From an uncultured delta proteobacterium (GTDB lineage Bacteria > Desulfobacterota > Desulfobacteria > Desulfobacterales > Desulfosalsimonadaceae): a stretch of 64,000 nt of DNA. The position numbers and the translations under genes are program-made. The notes beneath the pieces were generated by a model, which worked only from the letters and a program-made list of their open reading frames with translations, was not told where the DNA came from and searched no databases. Below are positions 43,161 to 52,683 of the stretch, piece after piece; position 1 is the first letter of the stretch; every line of letters starts with the position of its first letter. The stretch spans positions 32,001 to 96,000 of the forward strand of contig CAWGYD010000010.1 of the NCBI GenBank assembly GCA_963826785.1, in the 5' to 3' direction.

Positions 43161-43376
43161 ATCATTCGACTCGATTCGGATATAAAGCGATGAAAAATGT
43201 CAATTTCGGAAGAATTTGCCCTGAAAAAGCAAAATTTTAATTTTTATCTGCAAATTCGATTTACTGTCAACAATTTTATGACCGGCTCAGATGGTAATCG
43301 GCAGATGGGATGCGGCCGGCAGGCGATGAACGCTGATGCCGGTACAGTGCGATATGATTCTGGTTTTCAGGTTTTT

Positions 43377-44147
43377 TTATCGTGAAGCGGACAGGATCGC
43401 TTCCACACGGTGCAGCACCCGGGGCAAAACCGATCCTGCCGGTTCACGGATCAGGACCTGAGCGGCATCATCATAGGGGGTTTCCGACAGGTTGATCATG
43501 GCCAAAAAGGCCCCGGCTTTAAGCGCATGCCCGGGCAGCATTGAAGCCGGCTGGACGATCAGGGTGGAGCCGATCACCAGGAAAACATCTGCGCTGCCGG
43601 CAAGCGATATGGCACGAGCCAGATCCGACTCCCGAAGGGATTGCCCAAAGGAGATGGTGTCGGGTTTCAAATGCCCGCCGCAGGCGCAGTCCGGGGCCGC
43701 ATCCCCTTTTTGAATCCGGGCGAGAGTTTCCGCCAGGGGAAAAACCTGGCTGCAGGACATGCAGCGCACCCGCCGGGTATTGCCGTGCAGTTCGATTACC
43801 CGGTCTTCAGGCAGACCGGCAGCCTGGTGCAGGCCATCGATGTTCTGGGTGATCACCGCATCCAGCAGCGAAAGATCATGGAGCCGGGACAGGCTGTGAT
43901 GGGCGGCATTGGGTTTTGCCGGGCCAAGTTCTTTGAAAAGCGCAATTTTGCGCTCCCAGTATTCAACCCGTGCCTGCCGGGAGGACATGAATTCATCGAA
44001 ATAGATCGGCTTGAACCGGTCCCAGATGCCGCCCTTGCTCCGGTAATCCGAGATGCCGCTTTCCGTGGAAATGCCGGCCCCGGTAAAAACGATATTCTTT
44101 CCGCCCTGGGCAAGTCGGCGGGCGATCCGGTCAATTGCATCGGTCAT
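43377..44147 (-). CDS. cobB: NAD-dependent protein deacylase (Sir2/CobB family)
   Basis: TGAGISTESGI.DYR, TQNIDGLH, ELHG, CMSC..CAC, GST, INL. Confidence 0.9.
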   Translation of the reverse strand: MTDAIDRIARRLAQGGKNIVFTGAGISTESGISDYRSKGGIWDRFKPIYFDEFMSSRQARVEYWERKIALFKELGPAKPNAAHHSLSRLHDLSLLDAVITQNIDGLHQAAGLPEDRVIELHGNTRRVRCMSCSQVFPLAETLARIQKGDAAPDCACGGHLKPDTISFGQSLRESDLARAISLAGSADVFLVIGSTLIVQPASMLPGHALKAGAFLAMINLSETPYDDAAQVLIREPAGSVLPRVLHRVEAILSASR

Positions 44148-47100
44148 GCGAATCCCCGGAAAGCCCCCCGCGCCGTTTCGTCCATCCTTCTTTGGCGGGC
44201 GTCAATGCCGGATCATGCATCCGATCATGGAGACGCCGGGCGCGAAGGCAAAAGGCCTCCAGCTTGGCGTGGATCAGCTGGGGAAAGGGCGAACCGTCGC
44301 TTTCAATGGCCAGAAACGGCAGGTCGTCCATCTCGGAGAGAACCATCTTCAGCCTCTGGTTATTCGACTGGGTGGAAAGCTTTGCTTCGGCGGACATGGC
44401 TTCGTTCAGTATCGATTCGGAAAGCCGGTTGGGCATGCACCCGAACGGTCCGATGGCGATCACGCCGCAAACCTCGGTAGCCACTTCGGTGAGGGAGGCT
44501 CCCACCGTCAGCACCGCCTCACCGCTGAGATTTTCCGAAATGTAGTCCGCCGCGTTTGCAAGGAAGGTTTTCACCTGGACCGGTTTGAGATCCACCAGCC
44601 CGGAGCGGCCCATGATTTTGAGCAGCTTCTGCTCATAGCGGGTCATCAGGACCTGTCGGATATGGAATTTGAATTTCTGGCCCATGGGCATTGTTTTCCA
44701 GTGGCCGTCGATGGGGAGCATGTAATCCGAATACCGGATCCATTCGGACACCGGTGAACAGGCCACGGCAAATCCATTTTCAGCCAGGCGTTCAGTCAGG
44801 TGCTGACGGGACAGGGAATCCCGGCGGACAAAGATTTCGCCGGTGAGCAGCACGCGGGGGACCTCGTGCGGGGGCCGCTTCACCGGGATTTTGGCGAACC
44901 GGTCCATGGAAGCCTCCAGCTGGCGGTTCAGCGCTCTGAAATTATCCTTTTCCAGGGTATCCAGAATGCTCCGCCACTCTGACTCGAAAAGGTCCATGGC
45001 GTGTTCAGGGCGGACGGCGTTGGCCAGCAGCATGGATCGCAGGTCTTCCATGGCATCGGACAGGATCACCGCCCACCAGGCCTTATAATAGCTGAACCCC
45101 TGCCCCAGGCCGTCATAGGTGTTGTCCGAAGTCAGTGAAAAGATCGCCACATCCGGAATCTCCAGGCGCTTGATCAGATCCTCCATGAAGATGGCGTACT
45201 GGCCGAACCGGCAGGGCCCCGAGGCGGTGGCCATGAAATAGACCAGAATTTCATCCGGCTTCTTGTATGTCTGGATGTAGTTGAGCAGGGTTCCCGTGGT
45301 CAGGATCAGGGGGAGGCATTCCTTGCATGACGTATTGGCCCTTCCCAGTTTCAGCACCGCCTCGTCCGAAGGCGGATGCGGCATGACATGAAATCCTGCG
45401 GCCTTGAACACCGCCGAAATGGCCTCCGTGGAGATGCGGCCCATGGAGGGGATCAGCAGCGTCACCTTGGGATCGGTCATATAGACCGTTTTTCCGTCTG
45501 AGGTTCTCACCTTGGGAATCCCGTTGTTCATGACGGGAACGGCCGGCCGGAAGACCGCGCTCTTTTTGCTCTCGGAAGGCAGGCGGCTTTCCAGCTGCCG
45601 GTACTGGGCCACGATGTCCAGGAAGGCCTCGATGCGGGTTTCGATCCCGGCATCGGCCGTATGGCTGTCGAGTTCCAGGGTCAGCGACGGCTTTCGCCCC
45701 ATGATGGTTCTAAAATAAGTGATGATAAAGGAATCCGGCCCGCAGGAAAAATTGGTGATAAACGTGCCGTACAGCTGGGGATGCTTCTGGACGAAACGGG
45801 CCGCCTTGAGCAAAAGCTGCCCCATTCCCCAGTACATGTGGCGCTTTGACGGTTCATCGTCACAGGGCAGAAAATCAAACGGGATCACCCTGACGCCCCG
45901 GGAGGCGAGCTTGTGGGGAATCCCCATGTGGGCCTCCTCCACCATGGCATTATAAGGCCTCCCGAAGATCACCACGGCTATTTCATCCGGATTCTTTTCC
46001 AGATCCGCCAGCATTTCGCGGCCGATGTTCTGCATTTCCGCCATGCATCCGCGCTGTTGATCCGCCGCCCGATCAAAGGCAGCGGCGGCTCTCGAGCTGC
46101 TGATCCCCATCTGCTGCGCGGTTTTCACCAACGCATCCTTTGCGGCAAACAGCCCCATCGTCATGTCGATCAAGGGGGTGAGCACTTGGGTGCCCGTTTG
46201 CTTCATGGATTCAATGGCAGATTTGAAAGCCATGCCGAGGTAAAACGGCTCTCCCTGAACAAAGGGGCATACCTGGGAGATGGGATTTCCGTTTTTCACC
46301 GGGATGGAGCGGATATGGGGCAGAAAAATATAGTCGGGCCGCGGCTCCATATCCAGCAGGGCCTGAAAAAATCCATGGGAGAGTTCGGCCGGGTGGCAGA
46401 AGGCGGCGTTTCTCTGATCGATGCCTTCGCGGGACGGCTGCTCCGGGTAGGCGACCGAAAACCCCAGCTCGGAAAAAAAACGGGCGTACAGGGGATAGAA
46501 CGTATTGGTCAGAAAACTCTTGTTGATGGCAACCGTTTTCGCCCCGGGCGCCAAAGCGGCGGCCATGCTTTTGTCAAAGACGAGATTCTCCCGGGTTTTC
46601 ACGAGATCCAGTTTGGATACGTCCACTTCGATTTTAAAGCGCAGATTGTAATACCGGTTGCACGCCCCGCCGAAGGGGTATTTCTTCCCCTCCAGTTCGA
46701 TCATGTTGATCTCGCACCGGCGGTCGCATTTTTCTTTGCCCCCTTTGCAGGTAAAGGATTGATGATAAACGACTTCCCGGTCGACCAGCCGCTGAAGATC
46801 AAACCGGCTGTCTTTCATCAGGCCCAGATCGATGCGTTTTTCGATCTCCAGAGCCGCCCCGTAGGCGCCCATGAGTCCCGGCTCCGGCGGGACGATGATC
46901 GGCTTTCCGGACAGGGCCGCCATGGCCAGGGGCACCGCGTGATTGTAGCAGACGCCTCCCTGCATGAAGACCTTCTCCCCCACCGGGCGATTCCCTTTGA
47001 CCCGGTTGATGTAGTTCATGCAGATGGAATAGACCAGTCCGGCGATGATATCCGCATGATCGATCCCCTCATGGATGGCGATTTTAATGTCGGAGGAGAT

Positions 47101-48592
47101 AAAGGCCGCGCACTGATCGTTGAAATTGGGCGGATGTGTGCCCGTCAACCGCGATATCCGCGATGTCTGTCACCTTGATCCCCAGGGTTTCATATGCCGA
47201 CTCTTCCAGAAAGGAGCCGGTACCGGCTGAACAGGCTTCGTTCATGGCATAGTCAGACGGGACGCCGGCCGTGATATGGGTGTATTTGGCATCCTGACCG
47301 CCGATTTCAAACAAGGTATCCACGTCCGGATCGAAGTGGACGGCCGCAGCCGCATGGGCGATGATCTCGTTGATAATCCCGCTGGTGAGGGCATGCAGCC
47401 CGGCGATCTGCCTGCCGGACCCGCATACGCCCAGACCGATCACGGCGATATCATCCGGGTCGACGGATTCTTTCACCTGATCCAGGATCTGCCGGTAACA
47501 TTGCCGGGAAGACCCCACCGGGTCCCCGGCAGTCAGGCGGTAAACCGATGCCAGTACGGCTTTATCCGTTTTTCGCATCAGGACCGCCTTGGTGGTGGTG
47601 GAACCGACATCCAGGCCCAGTATGCACACATCACCGGCTTGAGGCGTCTGCATGGACATGGATTTGAAGGTCACCTGGTCCTCATATGCCTTCAACTGCG
47701 GCAGGGTGTCGAAGGAAGCGGACCGGGAATTGATCAGTCCGGCCGGTTCAGGAAGCGCGCGCGTCTCGTGCGAGAGCGCCCAGAGAGCGGTCCCCAGTGC
47801 CTCAAAGTAGGGCGCCTGGTCGGGAATGATGAGGTTTTCGATGGCTTCATTCAGGTAACCCACCATCATGTGGTTCTGGCTTGAACCGCCGACGAGCATG
47901 ATGTTTTTGCGTTCCACCTTCTTCAGGAGTTCCAGAATTTTGCCAGCCATCATGCGGCAGAGTCCGGCGGTGACCCGGGCCTTGGGAATTCCTTTGTTGA
48001 TGGCATGGGTACAATCCGATTTGCAGAACACGGAACATCGGCCGGACACCGAATGGGGAATTTCATTTTCGGACCACTGGGCGGCCTGATCGAGCGTTGC
48101 GCCCATGCGGCGCAGCTGCTGCATGAAAAACTCCCCGGTGCCCGAAGCGCATTTATTGCCGGTCAGCACATTGGCGATCTCGCCCCGGCGGTTGATGACA
48201 TAAACCATGAAGGTTTCGCCGCCGGCGGAAACGATTGCCGGGCAATGGATGTTGGCGGGCTTTAAAAACCGGTAGGCATATTCCACTGCTTCGGGCTCGG
48301 GAATCGAAGTCAGATTGACAAACTGCCGGAACCTCCGCCCGGTCACGGCGATCCGGTCAAATGTTTCCAGGTCGAATTTTTCAAGAATGCGGGGGAGAAC
48401 GGCCTTCGGATTTCCGCCATGCGGTTCGCTGAAATGCGCCACGATATTGACGGAATCGTATGATCCCGGATCGTCGGTGGGCAGCATCCGGACGGAAGGT
48501 CCCTCGACGTGAACGGCAGATATGGTTGACGCCCCCAGGCAGATTCCCAGCGCCCGCACAGAATCCTTTGGATTTGGAATCGTTTCGGTCAT
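44131..48592 (-). pseudogene. Fused acyl-CoA dehydratase/reductase activase (two BcrAD/BadFG ATPase domains plus DUF2229-type Fe-S domains), PlsA/Ger-like; split by one extra base at about 47149
   Basis: KCASGTG, RCSVF, GLDVGSTTTK, EIGGQDAK, MNEACSAGTGSFLEE, FSCGPDS, CKECLP, GPFGCMP. Removing one G joins DIA to LTGTHPPNF for about 1486 aa. Confidence 0.85.
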
Positions 48593-48637
48593 GAACAACA
48601 CGTCCTTATATATGATGCGCCGGAACGGCAGCGCCGG

Positions 48638-49300
48638 TTAAATCGTAATTCTCCGGTAATGCGAGTTATCTGGCCCCAGAAGGCCGCATTCCCGGTTTTC
48701 AGAAGAACCAACAATAATGATATACCGTTCGTCGTCCCGGAACCGGAGCCATTGATCGGCGGGTATTGCTTCCCGCGCCACCCTTCCCCGCCGCCACCGG
48801 AACAGTACCGGTGCATGGGAATGCCCGCAGAAAATTACCCGAAACGGCGTATGGTCAAATATTTCAAGTGCCCGATCAATGGAGCCGGTATCCACCGGTT
48901 CGTATAGTGATCGGATCGTATCATAGGGTAGTGAGTGGGTAAAGCAGATATCGTTTTGGACTATTTTCATGGGCATCTGCGTAAGAAACAACAGGATCTT
49001 TTCCTTGGCCGGTCCGGGGACATGTTTAGAATGTCCGTTCAGGAGCTGCTTTTCAATCTGATAATCATTGTTTCCCTTCACGGACGCCACCCGATGCGAC
49101 TTAAGCATTTCAATCATCGGAAGCAGGCGCTCCATCGACAGGGAGTCGAATACATCACCGAGATGTATTTTTGTCTTCGCCCCATGGCGGGCGAGCACAT
49201 CCAGCGCCGCACTCAGAGCGGTCATATCCCCGTGGGAATCCGATACGAGTCCAATAATATTTTTATCTTTTATTTCGATATCTTGAGTCATAAATGTCAT
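48638..49300 (-). CDS. Calcineurin-like metallophosphoesterase
   Basis: SDSHG, LGDVFD, GNND, TH, GHSH. Confidence 0.88.
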   Translation of the reverse strand: MTFMTQDIEIKDKNIIGLVSDSHGDMTALSAALDVLARHGAKTKIHLGDVFDSLSMERLLPMIEMLKSHRVASVKGNNDYQIEKQLLNGHSKHVPGPAKEKILLFLTQMPMKIVQNDICFTHSLPYDTIRSLYEPVDTGSIDRALEIFDHTPFRVIFCGHSHAPVLFRWRRGRVAREAIPADQWLRFRDDERYIIIVGSSENRECGLLGPDNSHYRRITI

Positions 49301-49757
49301 GTAGTAAATGAACTAAATTCGGTATTTTCAGGCTTGACTGGTATGCAATTTGTGTTGGAATTAGATTCAAGTCAAGTGATTTGTTTCCCGTGTGGTTCTT
49401 TCAAAAATCTGGTGAAATTTATCTTTTTATGATAATGATCACCCAACTGCAAGGCGCACCGCCGTTGAGATCATCTTAATTAAAAGCACCGCACCCGGCA
49501 TTGTCAATGCACATGAGCGCGAATCGAAATAGCGCATCACCATACCGGGTATGATTCAACGGGATCAGTGAATGGGATTTCAACTCGCCCAGGGATGAAC
49601 CGAATCGGCGGGCGGTCTGTTTCGCTTGAATACGGGCTAAAAAAGAGCGACATCACCACCACTCGGAACTATTATGTTGAAATGCAGCCGATACAGACAG
49701 CACAAAAATCAAACAGGTGTTGAACAATCCTGATGACCACGGAAAAGGGGGATGTGA

Positions 49758-50060
49758 ATGGAAAAAATGCCGGAGAAAAACGCATGGATTTACGTCATTA
49801 TTCAGGATCCGGGAGCGGCTGAGCAATTTGTCGGATTCATGGACGAAACCCGGCAAAAACCGTATATACCCGCATTCAAAACAAAAGAAGAAGCCCAGAA
49901 CGCACTGATTCACTTTTCTCTGGCCCGGGACAAAAAATATGAAATCCAAGCGGTCATTTTCGCAGAACTGGCCAAAGATGCACTGCAGAATGATTTTCTG
50001 ATTTATCTGCTGGACGGCGATGGAAAAATTCTGCACCCGGTTGACCCCGATTCCATATAA
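49758..50060 (+). CDS. Small hypothetical protein (100 aa)
   Basis: GGGGG RBS-like run, protein-like alpha/beta composition (YIPAFKTKEEA); fills the gap before elbB. Confidence 0.65.
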   Translation: MEKMPEKNAWIYVIIQDPGAAEQFVGFMDETRQKPYIPAFKTKEEAQNALIHFSLARDKKYEIQAVIFAELAKDALQNDFLIYLLDGDGKILHPVDPDSI

Positions 50061-50288
50061 TGCCCTTCAGAAAGCCGCCTGTTCCTGACCGACATTATCG
50101 CTTTTTATGCATACGGGAGGCATTGAATCGAAAACCGGTTGGTCGCTATTTTGAGCCGGTTCTTTATTGACCGGAACAGGATTCACTGGTATGGGTTTGA
50201 TTCAATCGCATGAACACTCGCAGGTAGTGTAACCGCTTTTCCGGCCGGGGTCTTGCCCGTTTTGCCAATTTTTCCAACAGGAGCTGTA

Positions 50289-50942
50289 ATGAAAAAAATC
50301 GGGGTTTTGCTTTCGGGCTGCGGCGTGTATGACGGGGCTGAAATTCACGAAGCGGTGATCACCCTGCTCGCCCTCGACCGAAGGGGCGCTGAAGCCGTCT
50401 GCATGGCACCCGATATAGAGCAGTACCATGTGGTCAATCATCTCACGGGAGATGCCTCGATCGAGAAAAGAAATGTTCTGGTCGAAGCCGCACGGATTGC
50501 AAGAGGCGCAATCCGTGACATCGCGGGCGTGCGTGCGGTCGAAATCGACGGGTTGATTATACCGGGCGGCTTTGGCGCAGCCAAAAATCTGAGTGATTAT
50601 GCCATCAAGGGAAAAGATGCCGAAGTCAACCCCGATGTCACGCGGCTCATCTTAGAGATGGGGCAAGCCAAAAAACCGGTGGGCGCCATGTGCATTTCAC
50701 CTACCCTGCTGGCCAAGGTGCTGGGAGAACAACATCCGGAAGTGACCATCGGCAATGAAATGGGAACGGCGGAGACCATAGAGGCCATGGGAGGCATCCA
50801 CAGGGCCTGCCGGGTGGATGGCATTCATGTGGATGTAAATAATATGCTGGTCTCCACCCCGGCCTATATGCTCGGCCCCCGGATTGGAAACGTGGCGGAC
50901 GGCATTGAGAAACTGGTCGATCAGATCCTGGACATGACATAA
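50289..50942 (+). CDS. elbB: DJ-1/PfpI-family glyoxalase ElbB (ES1-like)
   Basis: LSGCGVYDGAEIHE, RNVLVEAARIARG, PGGFGAAKNL, MCISP, STPAYM; AGGAG RBS. Confidence 0.95.
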   Translation: MKKIGVLLSGCGVYDGAEIHEAVITLLALDRRGAEAVCMAPDIEQYHVVNHLTGDASIEKRNVLVEAARIARGAIRDIAGVRAVEIDGLIIPGGFGAAKNLSDYAIKGKDAEVNPDVTRLILEMGQAKKPVGAMCISPTLLAKVLGEQHPEVTIGNEMGTAETIEAMGGIHRACRVDGIHVDVNNMLVSTPAYMLGPRIGNVADGIEKLVDQILDMT

Positions 50943-51007
50943 CCCGAATCCGTTTACAAAGCAGCAAACAGCCGAGGCACATGAGTGCCGTCTGAAAAAA
51001 AGATTCG

Positions 51008-52306
51008 TCAATCGGGCAGCAGGTCATAAAAATATAACATCGCGTCGGATCTCGACATGATGCCGATCAATTTCCCGTCCTGAATCACCGGCAGCCTTCC
51101 GATATCATGCTTGACCATCAGGCGGGCCGCTTCCATGGGACTTCGGTCCGGGCTGATGGTGACCACATGGGTGTTCATGAAGGCCTTCACGGGTGACTTT
51201 AACAGGGATTTTTTCTTTATTTTTTTGAAATCCCTGCGGGAAATGACGCCCACCAGCCGGTCGCGATCCATTACCGGAAAACCGGTGCACCCCTTTTCTT
51301 TCAGCCGCCTGCCCACCTCTTCCATAGAAGTCTCCGGAAGTACGGTAAAAACAGGATATGACATCAAATCCCCCACCTGGACAGAGGCCTGCTGATTCCC
51401 TTTCAACAGTTCGGTCAACCAGTCCGTGACCGCATCGGGGTTCACGGATTTGAGCATGACCGAGCCCGCGCCGGGATGACCGCCGCCGCCCATGCTCCGC
51501 ATGATGGAGCCGACGTTGATATCTTCGACATTGCTTCGCCCGATGATAATGCATTTTTCATTATCCGCATGGGTGAAAATACCAAACGCCGCATCGACAT
51601 TTAAAATTTCCCGGTACATGTGCACCACCAGCGAGAGATTGCCGACATGCCCGTCAATTTGGACCGTATTGATGCTGACGGAATAAGTGTTGACCCGGGT
51701 CCGCTCCGCGGTCCGGACCATTTCAAACAGTATATCTTTCTGCTTTTCTCCGTACGCCGGCTGCAAAAAGGTGGCCAGCACGTTCAAATCGGCCTTGTTT
51801 TCAAGAAGGTATCCGGCACAATAGGCGTCTTCCGCAGTCGTTGACGGAAAGGTCAGGCTCCCTGTGTCTTCATATAATCCAATCAAGAAAAGGGTCGCCT
51901 GCATGGGGGTCAGCCGGATCTTCCGGTTTCTGATTTCCCGGATCATCAAAGAAATATTGGCCCCGATTCTTTCATGGCATTTCCATGAAGGATTCAGGTC
52001 GCATTGATTTTCGTGATGATCATACAAGCATATGTCCAAGGTGCTGTTATTCCTGAGTCCATCCATCGGTTCAAGGCGCGACCATTTGCTGGCATCCACC
52101 ACAATCAGACGGCTGACCTGGCTCTGGTCGATATCTGCCATGCTGTGGCTTTCAAACAGATCCTTGTGAATCGATAAAAACGCTTTCACATTGGGGTTCA
52201 ATGTCTTGGGCAGAACCGGCAGCGCCCCGGGATAAAGAATCGTTCCGGCAATAACGGATGCAAATGCGTCAAAATCCGCACTTCGATGGGTGGTGATGAT
52301 CTGCAT
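51008..52306 (-). CDS. DHH-DHHA1 phosphoesterase with a C-terminal CBS pair
   Basis: HRSADFDA, YDHH, EDTG, GGGGHPGAG; two CBS repeats (VGDLMS.., VKAFM..IGRLPV). Confidence 0.88.
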   Translation of the reverse strand: MQIITTHRSADFDAFASVIAGTILYPGALPVLPKTLNPNVKAFLSIHKDLFESHSMADIDQSQVSRLIVVDASKWSRLEPMDGLRNNSTLDICLYDHHENQCDLNPSWKCHERIGANISLMIREIRNRKIRLTPMQATLFLIGLYEDTGSLTFPSTTAEDAYCAGYLLENKADLNVLATFLQPAYGEKQKDILFEMVRTAERTRVNTYSVSINTVQIDGHVGNLSLVVHMYREILNVDAAFGIFTHADNEKCIIIGRSNVEDINVGSIMRSMGGGGHPGAGSVMLKSVNPDAVTDWLTELLKGNQQASVQVGDLMSYPVFTVLPETSMEEVGRRLKEKGCTGFPVMDRDRLVGVISRRDFKKIKKKSLLKSPVKAFMNTHVVTISPDRSPMEAARLMVKHDIGRLPVIQDGKLIGIMSRSDAMLYFYDLLPD

Positions 52307-52683
52307 GGTCTGATCCTGTTGTCATAGTCTGGATGTGTGCATCGTCTTTATCCTTGATTCGAATAAAGGCTAAAACTATCTGAATTCATTTGTCTATATA
52401 TTGATATACGCGTGTATGAAAGTCAAGGAGAAGTAACTGTTTTTCGGTATCCACCGCGTTCCTTTTCGATGGGAATGGCTCAATCCGGCCGCTGAAGGTG
52501 CGTTCGAGACTACCGGCTTCAATGAGCTGCTGATATACATTGAAGCCGTGTATGAATGATAAACCCTTTGTTTTTAATTGACTTTTAGAATAATCGGCGT
52601 AAGATGAACTGAATTGAAAAGGTATTGTCTTTTAAGGTGATCCGGGACACGGGTACGCTCTTGGATGAGGGGCCAAGACGTTT

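Noticed and set aside
43377..44147. Sir2 gene as an anti-phage NADase (Thoeris/DSR type)
   Set aside because: It has the zinc-binding Cys motif and ELHG/TQNIDGLH of housekeeping deacylases, and no defence partners.
52307..52683. c-di-GMP (GEMM) riboswitch upstream of the PilZ operon
   Set aside because: I could not find the conserved GEMM stem and GNRA loop pattern by eye; an Rfam scan would be decisive.
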